Below are positions 33,378 to 42,493 of a DNA stretch of 64,000 bases, one piece after another (within the stretch, counting starts at the first letter, position 1; every line of letters starts with the position of its first letter). The stretch is from NCBI GenBank assembly GCA_003707115.1, contig PPNB01000003.1, positions 310,001-374,000 on the forward strand, read 5' to 3'. This DNA is from Tortispora ganteri. Taxonomy: Eukaryota. Position numbers and translations under genes: made by a program. A model generated the notes under the pieces. That model was not told the DNA's origin and did no database searches. It was given only the letters and a program-made list of their open reading frames with translations.

Positions 33378-34283
33378 TTATGAAGAAGAAAGAATATTGG
33401 GAACAGCCAAGTCCGCACCTATATCAGGGAACTCAAATTCAAATAAATCTTTCAACTCTTGCTGTGACCAATGATATATTTCAATAATATCCCATATCTT
33501 GCTTCTCGGATTAATGCCTTGGTACTCAATGATAGCCTTGTTGACTTGCGAGGCAACTTCGAGCCTTAATGAAGGATGCAACAGTTTTGTCAACTCTGGT
33601 ATGTTTTCCAAAGTGTCTTTCGGAAAACACAACAATGACATCGTATATTCTAGAGTTTGAAGGAAACTATTCGATGGGTTATCTTCGGGTATCCGAGGTG
33701 CTAAGACCTCCGAAGCAAAATCTAGCGCTTGTTTGAGATATTTGTCGTCTTCGTTCGCTTTCTTAATCAGCTCTATCAGCTGAAGTCTTAGCAGCGAGAA
33801 ATGCAAGCTAGGCTGCTTCTCCAGCAACTCTGGTTCCAAATCCGTAATCCTTTCAATTGCCCCCACGATATTCCCCGATAGTATGCAATCCCTAATATCG
33901 AATCTCGCCTTAATTGACTTAAAGGCAACGGGAGTTTTCAGTTGCGCTTCTTCTGCAAATTTCGCCGCCGTCGATGCATACCCTTCAGTCGCAAGATAGT
34001 TTATTATCAGATTATTTAAATCGCTATTTAGGTTAGTAAATGATAACTAGTAATCAGATTCTATTCAGACAGGAGTATCTAATTCCTGCAATAATAAATG
34101 CATTCTCCACGGTTTGTCAGAGAGATTCCCAACATTCTTTATGTCATCATTATAGAATCAAAAAATAATAAATCAATTAATCAATTAATTTCAGAAAAGA
34201 AAAAAAAATAGAACTCACATTTGGCTCACCTCAATCTCGTTTAATTTCCTCGCAAATTCTTCATTGTCTATATTGAACGCCAT
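33378..34283 (-). CDS. GID8: GID/CTLH complex subunit Gid8 (LisH-CTLH-CRA); exon 1 34283-34219, intron 34218-34024, exon 2 34023-33378
   Basis: Spliced product MAFNIDNEEFARKLNEIEVSQIDLNNLIINYLATEGY (LisH); LHFSLLRLQLIELI; GTGAGT donor, TACTAAC branch, TAG acceptor, frame preserved. Confidence 0.9.
34057..34159 (-). ncRNA. Intronic box C/D snoRNA, SNORD79(U79)-like
   Basis: 8-bp terminal stem GATTCTAT/ATAGAATC; box C ATGATGA (34150-34144); D' CTGA (34120-34117); C'-like GTGGAGA; box D CTGA (34068-34065); D' guide TGGGAATCTC complementary to LSU rRNA GAGAUUCCCA. Confidence 0.88.
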
Positions 34284-34441
34284 TCTGTTGATGGTCAAGT
34301 CGGTGTCTAAATTATGTTGACCCTCCCAAACCCTTCCTTCGCTCTATTCTGTAAATTACCTATATCTGTTTCTCTGATCTGGCATATATCTTCAGACATG
34401 TTTTAGCTTAATACCTTTCCGTGCTTTCTTTTATCTCGTAT

Positions 34442-34931
34442 TCAAAGAAAAACTAATTTTGGGCTACCCGGAATTTCTTGTACTCCACTGTATCGAAAAA
34501 ACGGGAACTTGAACTCGCGCCGTGCCATTGTTTTAGAATACGACTTTTCAAAGAACTTCCAATCCTGTACAATACATGTACTGATATGGATAGATGCAAT
34601 AGCGATTTTAGCTATATTGTTGGTGAAATCAACTAGCTCTGAGTACGGCAAGTCTTTGTATATTACATCTAAGAGATTGATAGTAGCTTCGTTGAGTTTA
34701 TTCGCACTATAGTTTAGACGATAAGAGTACCTCGCTTCATATATTTCACTCATGAAAGGAAACTGGTACAGGAAACTTCCCACGCATGTTCACTATATAC
34801 GGATTCTCTTCGAATTCCTTCTCTGGTTCTAAGGCATGGGTGTATTCCAGTCCGCTGTCATTGTCGCATTCTTGCTCTTGAATTGCAGCTTTCTTTGCCA
34901 TGTTTTTCGGAAATCCTTCAACATAGTGCAA
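34442..34931 (-). pseudogene. Possible frameshifted gene remnant of unknown family
   Basis: Two protein-like ORFs (34931-34746, 34783-34442) overlap in different frames with no splice signals at the junction. Confidence 0.3.
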
Positions 34932-35441
34932 CTTTTTGTTTAAATTCTTCTTGGTCGAATAACATTCCTCAGTTTTTCTTTAATCGACTGAAAGAATGGT
35001 TGTAAGACATAGACTCCATAGGGGTCTAAATATGAAGCTACGCGGTTTGACGAATCTCCAAAAAGTCTCATATTCACACCTTGCAATAGTTAATTTTATG
35101 CTTGGTGATATGTCTCTATTGAAGTATAGAGACATATATATTAAATTACAGTTACTGCTGTCTGGCGCTTAAAACCGTCGATTTATATACGAAAAAGAAT
35201 ACAGTGAGTTTGACCTGTTGTATGTGGAATTGACTTTTAGTAAATCTGCACCTTCGCCAATTGGCTGCCTCTTACATTTCGACAGCACTTCGACGATACC
35301 TAGTCTATAAATTATTCGATCTATATTAAATAATGCAACTCATTTATTATATATATAATCTTATAGCAAACCTGCCATCGACAATTCTTCTAGGACGGCA
35401 GAGATCAATCCGGGTAACGTTCTCCACAAAACCTTATCTAT

Positions 35442-38231
35442 ATGGTGATGATAGATCCACCAGAAACATTGATGGAGGCAGATAACATAGATGGCTTCCC
35501 CCTTCATGGATCTGTAGCTCCTTCTTTGGACATTCTTAGTTCTGACTCTTTTATGAACTCAGATGCTGTTCCTCCAGATACTTCTATGCCTCCTAACGCC
35601 TCTAAGGACACAATGGTCAAGTTCACCATTTATGAAACATCTAAACATTGGTACATTGTTGCCTCCAATTCTGATGAATCTCGCTTTAGATGTCTTGTAA
35701 TTGATCTACTCGATTCTAATTACAACCTTTCTATACAAGAGAACTACATGATATATAATACAAAGTCAATAGGCTCCTATATTGACAACGTACGCAAACA
35801 CAATCCTGACTCGTTTCGTAAACGCATATCGGCATGGGGTCTAGTTGGATTTATACGCTTTACTGAACATTATTATTTATGCATTATTACCAAGAGAAGC
35901 CGCATAGCTATGCTAGGCGGGCATTACATTTACCATATAGATGCCACTGAGTTAATCCCTGTTTGTTATTCTCCCTCATATCACACCCCTGACAGGAAAT
36001 CGGAGGAGGCGAGATTCCTCTCCTCTTTTCATAATCTGGATTTATCCCGCACATTTTATTTTAGTTACTCTTACGATGTCACCAGCACACTTCAAAGTGT
36101 TCTAACTAAAGCTCGCAGGGCTGATGCAAGGCACTTGCACCAGTCTTCTGTAGCCGATTTTAACGACATGTACATGTGGAATCATCATTTGCTTGAGCCG
36201 TTTATTTCCAGCTGTACTCAACCTTTTGTATGGTGTGTACCAATAATTCATGGCTTTGTGGATCAAGTGAACTTGGGTGTTTACGGCAAGAACATATATA
36301 TCACCATCATTGCTCGAAGATCTCGTTATTTTGCTGGCGCTCGATTCCTCAAGCGAGGTGTGAACGACGCGGGGTATGTCGCAAATGAGGTTGAAACTGA
36401 ACAAATAGTTGCTGATATGTTGCTTTCTTCTTTTCACGATCCTAGATATGGCCAGTTCTCTAGTAGTAGATATACTTCTTTTGTTCAGCATCGCGGTAGT
36501 ATTCCGCTATTTTGGAATCAAGATACATCAGGAATGACTCCTAAGCCTCCGATTGAGCTGACTTTAGTTGATCCTTATTTCCGATCGGCAGCTTTGCATT
36601 TTGACGATCTATTTCGTCGATATCATACCCCGATTATTGTTCTAAATTTGATAAAGACGAAGGAACGCAACCCTCGCGAATCAATCCTGCTAGGAGAATT
36701 TGAACAGTGTATTGCCTATCTGAATCAGTTCTTGCCCCCCGAAAATAGAATTCTCTACACTTCCTGGGATATGAGCAGGGCTTCTAAGAGCGATGGGCAG
36801 GAGGTAATTAGCTTCCTAGAAGAGTACGCTGGACGTGTTCTCAATTCTGTTGGCTTTTTTCATAATGGAGGGGAGAAAGATCGGTTACAGCGCGGAGTTT
36901 GTCGTACTAACTGCATTGATTGTCTTGATAGAACAAATGCTGCACAGTTTGTCATTGGTAAAAGGGCATTGGCGTTTCAGCTTAAGGCGTTGGGGGTAAT
37001 TAGAGATACAGACATCCCCTATGATTGTGATGCTTCTAATCTTTTAACTGAAATGTTTCATGATCATGGTGATACTATTGCCTTGCAATATGGTGGCTCG
37101 CATCTTGTGAACACTATGGAGACCTATCGCAAACTCAATCAGTGGAGCAGTCATTCGAGAGACTTGGTCGAGTCTATAAAACGCTTTTACAGTAACTCTT
37201 TTGTTGATGCTCAACGTCAAGAGGCCATAAATCTTTTTCTCGGAAATTACGTCTGGGAAAAGGGGAAAGAAATGTTGTGGAATATGCCTACAGATTATTA
37301 CCTCCATCATAATAACGCTGTCCACATATCATCTTCTAAACGCCGCAGTTACAGGGTATGGTGGATTCCTCGAAATTTGTTTCCCTTTCCTGTTGAATTA
37401 AGATTTCCTGCCCCCATAAAACCTTTAAGTAATAGCGACTATTACGATGAATTTTACAGACCTCTTACATTGACTGCATTGCATAGCGAATACGCTAGTC
37501 GGATGAATTCATCTGTGAAATACCTCAACTCTTCAGTAGGCCAAACCCTGTTGGGATTAAAGGGCGGTTTAAGCCCGTTTGTTGTAAGAGGTGGACCTCT
37601 TGGTGATAATTCCGTGCTGCGCCTTGAAGGGCAGATAGATCCTAGAATTGTCGCAAAGACAAAAGAGGGGAAATCAAGGAAACAGAGGCATAAATTTGGT
37701 CAAAACATAGGTATTCGGAGCTGGTCTAAACTTTTACCATTACATTTGGGTAACCACAGAGCATCTGCAGCATTTGAGCCTATTCCTGATGCTACAGGGG
37801 GCAAAGCCATTGATGGAAAGTTTGCAGAAGCTCTTCCTGTGACATCCTCTACGCTGCAAAGCCTTACGAAAACTCCTGCGTGGGCTGCGAACCCGAATGT
37901 TATTCGTGCTGTGGAGCAAAGTCTGCAGCCATCATTAGATTCATTCGAGTTGAAGGAGTACGAGAAGTACGTTCAGCATCCATTAAAACTGTCGCAGGTT
38001 GCAGCAGTTATTGAGGAGAAGCCTAGTTCTTATGAAGAATTTGAACAATACGTGAAGAATAAAACCAGCGTATTTTCAGTGTACTCCTTTGGTGTGCATA
38101 ATGAATCTCTTGAGATATACGAAAAGCACGTGAATACCGAATTTCGAGCATTTTCAGAAGACGATAAAAAGAGTAAGCTGTATTCGAATTGGCTTATTCC
38201 ATATACTTGGCCTAGTACATTATCAGTCTAG
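35442..38231 (+). CDS. FIG4: PtdIns(3,5)P2 5-phosphatase (SAC domain)
   Basis: FYFSYSYD, ARRSRYFAGARFLKRG, VANEVETEQI, catalytic RTNCIDCLDRTN, HGDTIALQYGGS. Confidence 0.96.
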   Translation: MVMIDPPETLMEADNIDGFPLHGSVAPSLDILSSDSFMNSDAVPPDTSMPPNASKDTMVKFTIYETSKHWYIVASNSDESRFRCLVIDLLDSNYNLSIQENYMIYNTKSIGSYIDNVRKHNPDSFRKRISAWGLVGFIRFTEHYYLCIITKRSRIAMLGGHYIYHIDATELIPVCYSPSYHTPDRKSEEARFLSSFHNLDLSRTFYFSYSYDVTSTLQSVLTKARRADARHLHQSSVADFNDMYMWNHHLLEPFISSCTQPFVWCVPIIHGFVDQVNLGVYGKNIYITIIARRSRYFAGARFLKRGVNDAGYVANEVETEQIVADMLLSSFHDPRYGQFSSSRYTSFVQHRGSIPLFWNQDTSGMTPKPPIELTLVDPYFRSAALHFDDLFRRYHTPIIVLNLIKTKERNPRESILLGEFEQCIAYLNQFLPPENRILYTSWDMSRASKSDGQEVISFLEEYAGRVLNSVGFFHNGGEKDRLQRGVCRTNCIDCLDRTNAAQFVIGKRALAFQLKALGVIRDTDIPYDCDASNLLTEMFHDHGDTIALQYGGSHLVNTMETYRKLNQWSSHSRDLVESIKRFYSNSFVDAQRQEAINLFLGNYVWEKGKEMLWNMPTDYYLHHNNAVHISSSKRRSYRVWWIPRNLFPFPVELRFPAPIKPLSNSDYYDEFYRPLTLTALHSEYASRMNSSVKYLNSSVGQTLLGLKGGLSPFVVRGGPLGDNSVLRLEGQIDPRIVAKTKEGKSRKQRHKFGQNIGIRSWSKLLPLHLGNHRASAAFEPIPDATGGKAIDGKFAEALPVTSSTLQSLTKTPAWAANPNVIRAVEQSLQPSLDSFELKEYEKYVQHPLKLSQVAAVIEEKPSSYEEFEQYVKNKTSVFSVYSFGVHNESLEIYEKHVNTEFRAFSEDDKKSKLYSNWLIPYTWPSTLSV

Positions 38232-39767
38232 CAATAATATATCCATAAACTCCCTTTTCAGTGATATTAGATCTTGAGTGAACGATTCTTCTCTCACTAT
38301 CGCATCTAGTATTTGAAATATATATTGGATTTTCTGTTTTGAGTTTTCACTTATGCTAGAGTTTTCTTCTGAAATTGTCCTTTGACGGTACACCAAGCAG
38401 CTGTCGACAATATCGTACTTATATTGGTTAATTCTCGGCCAAGCAGTTTTAATAAGGCTTGTGAGCGCGTTTAGTGCTGAGTCTGCTAGTTCAGGGCTGG
38501 CTGTAATGAATGGATCAGCTAGGGTCTTCAACGGTATGTCCAATAGAGGCATCAAATGACGGATAATATAGATACCCATGGTGTCACAATAAATGGGAAT
38601 CTGATTAAGAATCAATATATGTATTGAAAGATTAGTGCCTGCCATGTTGTAAATTTTCAGCAATCCTTGCCGGATCACTGTTTCATCTAGCTGTGAAATA
38701 ATTTTGTCCTTTTGGAGATGTAGTGACTTTTTGGCCAAGCTATTGGCACACTTGAACGTGGCAGTAAGAAGAGCTGTAGACTCACTGGCTGGGGTCATTG
38801 GTGGTATAAAAGACATGTAATTTTGAATAGATTCCCAGTAAACATTATGGATGCCAGTTTTAGTCCAAAACTGATCCGAGATTACATCCAGCAGAGACTC
38901 GATGGCTATGCAACCTTGTATTCTGAACCAGGAATTTGTGTCATCTAGTAGATTGAGTGTTATCATTGTTATATCACGCCAATTGTTTTTAACCTGCGGT
39001 TCTGTGAGTAATGCTAGTACCGCAATAAAAATAGGCACACCCCAGTATCGTTGTACTAGTGCAGGGTCGCTTTCTTCTGTCGCATCATAAGTGCGGGGCT
39101 CTGTTAAAGAAAGTAATGGAACCTCTTTAGATATTCCAGAATTTAGTGGCTTAGTCTGTGCTTTGATATTTTTGAAGATCGGTACAACAATCTGCATGGT
39201 GATTGAACTTGCCTCTTCAGCAGATGCCATTATATTCAGAATGGGTTGAGGAGACTCAGAGGTCCAAGGGGCATCTGAACTGGCCCAAGCATTAATCATT
39301 AGAGACACTTTCGGATTAAATGATAAATTATGTGTATATAGGTTATTGGCAAGCTTCGTTGCTGCAGAGAAACAGCGAGTGAATGCCAACTGAACTGGCG
39401 ATGGTTTTCTGGTGAGACCTTGAGAATCGACATCGAACTGATTGATCCAGACTATAGGTATTGGTTTCATTAGGTGTGACAGTGCAAGTTGTAACTGATT
39501 TGATTCTTCATTACGTAAATCTGTATCTACTGATGTTAGAATAGAGTCGAAGATAGTAAGATACTGAGACAGTTTGTTGTAGAAAGACTGATCATTGAGA
39601 GTGGAAGGAGATTCTAGTGGAGCCGGTTCGACTAATGATTCAAGGGTTGTCGATAATTCTCTAAACCAGTGTTTATCTCGTTCTATGGTATCCAAATTGT
39701 CTACTGTAGCTTTCTCATCTATTGTAACTCCATCAAGGAATTGTTTCAGTAAAACATTCAATAACAT
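38223..39767 (-). CDS. TTI2: Tel2-interacting protein Tti2-like (ARM-type)
   Basis: LNLLDD..FRIQGC, TGIHNVYWESI, LADPFIT, LIKTAWPRI patterns resemble the Tti2 family; first ATG 39767. Confidence 0.75.
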   Translation of the reverse strand: MLLNVLLKQFLDGVTIDEKATVDNLDTIERDKHWFRELSTTLESLVEPAPLESPSTLNDQSFYNKLSQYLTIFDSILTSVDTDLRNEESNQLQLALSHLMKPIPIVWINQFDVDSQGLTRKPSPVQLAFTRCFSAATKLANNLYTHNLSFNPKVSLMINAWASSDAPWTSESPQPILNIMASAEEASSITMQIVVPIFKNIKAQTKPLNSGISKEVPLLSLTEPRTYDATEESDPALVQRYWGVPIFIAVLALLTEPQVKNNWRDITMITLNLLDDTNSWFRIQGCIAIESLLDVISDQFWTKTGIHNVYWESIQNYMSFIPPMTPASESTALLTATFKCANSLAKKSLHLQKDKIISQLDETVIRQGLLKIYNMAGTNLSIHILILNQIPIYCDTMGIYIIRHLMPLLDIPLKTLADPFITASPELADSALNALTSLIKTAWPRINQYKYDIVDSCLVYRQRTISEENSSISENSKQKIQYIFQILDAIVREESFTQDLISLKREFMDILLLD

Positions 39768-40020
39768 GCGAACCAAAAGCAGCAAGGTGTAATGAGAAGA
39801 TGGTAGGCTGAAGTCCCCAATTTCCCAATCAGGACAACTACATAGTTAAATGCACCTTTTTGTTGCGTTTTATCAGAACAATATAATTTTATGAAAATGA
39901 CAAGATATATTTATATAAATATATTAAACATTAAAACCCCAAAGTAAGTACAAAAGAATATCAATTACTATTATCACATAAGAAGGAAAGGATGGCGGGA
40001 GGATAGTGGTGGGTGCAGGC

Positions 40021-40411
40021 AGAGTTCGACTATTGCGATATGTTACTTTCCAAGAGTCTTTGTCAAAATAAACTCTGGCACCATCCTAAGTCAGTCTGTT
40101 GGCTGAGAGGATGTTTATATTTCCTAATTCAGGAAATGTGCGTACTTTGGAGAGTTTCAATGTACGATAGCCTTGAAGTGCAAGTGCTGTCGAACCAATT
40201 AGGTCTGAGAATGTGTTGTATCCTCCAAACTGCATATTTATGCCGTTTGCGCGTTCGACTGTCTTTTAAAGCATTGTCCACCACTTACGCGAGCAGATGC
40301 ACCACTGTCAAAGATCCAAACATTTCACGATGAGATTGTCTTTCGGTTTTGATGGATGCATTGAGCGTAGTAAATTGCAATGTGACAGGATCAAATTTCG
40401 GATTCCACAGT
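40021..40411 (-). pseudogene. Decayed copia-type aspartic protease (pol 5' remnant)
   Basis: WIFDSGAS (DSG at 40309-40301) in the gag frame after TGA stops; then a shifted frame VERANGINMQFGG...LKLSKVRTFPELGNINILSANRLT*DGARVYFDK. Confidence 0.8.
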
Positions 40412-41590
40412 TCAGGGACTCGATTTTTGGGACGAATTTTGCTTTGATTTGGATCGATCAAGGGCGTGACATTCTTGGGCAGAGTGTCCTTGTTTGAAGC
40501 AGAATTTGCACGTGATTGGACCAGCAATATTCCGATTTGAGCGACCTCGTTTCTTCTTGGAATTCTTGGAGATTTTATACGAGGATACAGGCTGATTTTG
40601 ATGAAGTACAAACGGCCTGGAAGTTGTCGAATTGCCACTGTTATGGTAAAATTTGGCACATTGAAAATATCTGTCAGTGATTGACTGTATAGAAGGGGCA
40701 CGCTCACCTCTTTTGTAAGCCTCGTCCACTTCATCAGTCATTTTCGAAACTATCTCTGACACAGAGAAGTTTGTTGGCAGGATTTGCAACAAGTGATTGA
40801 TGACAGTGTAGTTGTAGCAAGGCTTAAGAGTATAGATTCTACGTGCCATTATCAAGTACTCTCCCACTGCATCTGTTACTTCTTTAAAGGTTGGATTAAA
40901 GTTGTTAATCCTAAAAGACATGATTTGAGTCATCAAGTCATCAGCAGCTTGTCCGCTTGAGGCATAAGTACCAATGCACGCTCTGTACATAATTTGACGC
41001 AAAGTTGGAGTAGTATGTCCACGAATTGTGCCCAGTTGATTGGCATATTCAGGCGGGCCAGATAATTGGCGTTCAATTTGGTTTAGAGAACTTGGAGTGA
41101 TAATTTCAGAAAGAACCAATTTGGCTTCATTATGTTCAATAAAACGCCAATCTCTTGGAAGTCTTAGGCCATCAGTGGAAATGATTGAATGTTCTTCCAA
41201 ATAAGGATCTTCGTGTATCCAACGAGAAAGCTTTGAATTACCTTGGCTTGAATTTTTAAGATAAAGTCTTCTTGTTAAGAGAGCCAAAACATCGACATAG
41301 GTTTCACCATTTAGAACACATGGTTTCTCGTTGAGGGGATAGGGAAATTTAAGTCCTTTTCTTAAAGAGATAGATAAGTTTTTGGAGTTGATCTGTTCAA
41401 GTTTTGTTATTGCTTCGGAAGTGCTATAAAGATCATGAATTTCTTCTCGAGTTAGCAAGGCAGGGTCAGAAAGACGTGAGGATGCTGTAGGAACCTCAGA
41501 TGCTTCTGAAGCATCAAGGTTATTGTCTGCTCCGGTTGAAACTTCTTCACCTTGAATGTTGCGACGGCCACGTCCTCGAGTTTCAGTCAT
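40412..41590 (-). CDS. Retrotransposon Gag-like protein, 392 aa, with CX2CX4HX4C zinc knuckle
   Basis: ATG 41590 lies 7 nt after the PBS; uninterrupted ORF; basic linker KKKRGR then CKFCFKQGHSAQEC. Confidence 0.85.
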   Translation of the reverse strand: MTETRGRGRRNIQGEEVSTGADNNLDASEASEVPTASSRLSDPALLTREEIHDLYSTSEAITKLEQINSKNLSISLRKGLKFPYPLNEKPCVLNGETYVDVLALLTRRLYLKNSSQGNSKLSRWIHEDPYLEEHSIISTDGLRLPRDWRFIEHNEAKLVLSEIITPSSLNQIERQLSGPPEYANQLGTIRGHTTPTLRQIMYRACIGTYASSGQAADDLMTQIMSFRINNFNPTFKEVTDAVGEYLIMARRIYTLKPCYNYTVINHLLQILPTNFSVSEIVSKMTDEVDEAYKRGERAPSIQSITDRYFQCAKFYHNSGNSTTSRPFVLHQNQPVSSYKISKNSKKKRGRSNRNIAGPITCKFCFKQGHSAQECHALDRSKSKQNSSQKSSP

Positions 41591-41610
41591 TGATATTTCG
41601 GCTTTTAACC

Positions 41611-42044
41611 TGTCGGAAAACTTAGATTGGTATATCTTAACTTTAGGGTTGTGAGCACGATGAGAGAAACTACCTGTAAGTACGTGAAGTATCAAGAAGA
41701 GAGAAACCTTGACCTGTAGTGAAGTTGGGGCTAAAACCCTCTGATCGGTACGTTATTTAGATAGAGTAAGATGAGTTAGTGATGCAGATGTCTAAATCTG
41801 CTGAGAAGTGATTCTCCTGTCTTCAATTTTTCTCGCCTGGTCAGGGACAATTTTGATATCTATTTATAACGTTAGTGGGTATCTGAAGGTTACGCCACTA
41901 AAAGTGGATCAAAGAATTATTTTAGGTTCTCTAGTGTGTGATACGAGAGAGCTCAGAAGTATGCATTGGAAGACTGTTGCTAAGGGCATAGTTCCGGAAC
42001 CTTAAACCTAGCACTGCAACTCCCATTCGCAGCCTTGCATGACA
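41611..42044 (-). repeat. 5' LTR of the gag element (gag-proximal end firm; distal end tentative)
   Basis: TGTC...GACA termini; TATAAATA on the minus strand at 41868-41861; similarity to the second copy at 42078-42493. Confidence 0.7.
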
Positions 42045-42077
42045 TAAGTCGAACCCGCTTCGTATACAAATACGAAA

Positions 42078-42493
42078 GCATACTTCTGAGCTCTTTCGGA
42101 TCACACACTAGAGACCTCAAAAAAAAAAGGGCTTATGCACATCGCATAATGATGTACTAAACACATAGTGGTGTGATTATACGAATCCCACTGAATATTA
42201 TAGATAGACGTCAATTTGTCTTTGATCAAGAGACAGAGATTGAATAGTCAACAAGCGTACAGTGACAAGCTTCAGTTCAAAGTCTAGCTTAAGACACAGA
42301 CCGCTCCCCTGCAGATTAAGACATCTGCATTGCTAAGTCAGTGTACTTTATCAAGAATATTGTACGACAAGAGGTTTTTAGCCCAGACTCAACTCCGTGT
42401 CAAGGTTTCCCTCTTTCTAACACTTACACGCAGTTTCTCTCATTGTGCTCAAAACCCTAAACAACATTACCATATCCGGGTAGTATTCCAACA
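42078..42493 (+). repeat. Diverged solo/partial LTR of a related family, inverted relative to the first
   Basis: Reverse complement aligns collinearly to 41611-41965 (CTCTAGTGTGTGAT, GAGCTCAGAAGTATGC, TGAGAGAAACT, GAAACCTTGAC, TTTAGGGTT); ends TTCCAACA; no PBS after it. Confidence 0.75.

Larger units (their letters stand above)
40020..42044 (-). mobile_element. Truncated Ty1/copia-type LTR retrotransposon: 5' LTR, PBS, intact gag, decayed protease; no integrase/RT/RNaseH or 3' LTR
   Basis: LTR end ...TTCCGACA at 41611 directly followed by PBS GGTTAAAAGCCGAA; gag with CCHC knuckle; copia-type VWIFDSGAS and V..ANG..NILS..L..DGARVYF protease pattern broken by stops and a frameshift. Confidence 0.85.

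Noticed and set aside
41921..42120. Inner inverted repeat as a MITE or DNA-transposon TIR pair
   Set aside because: Homology extends outward over more than 300 bp to LTR-type ends and a PBS; two inverted LTRs explain it better
41642..42461. TTTAGGGTT / AACCCTAAA as telomeric repeat or telomerase RNA template
   Set aside because: Single copies at homologous positions in the two LTRs; no tandem array or TER features
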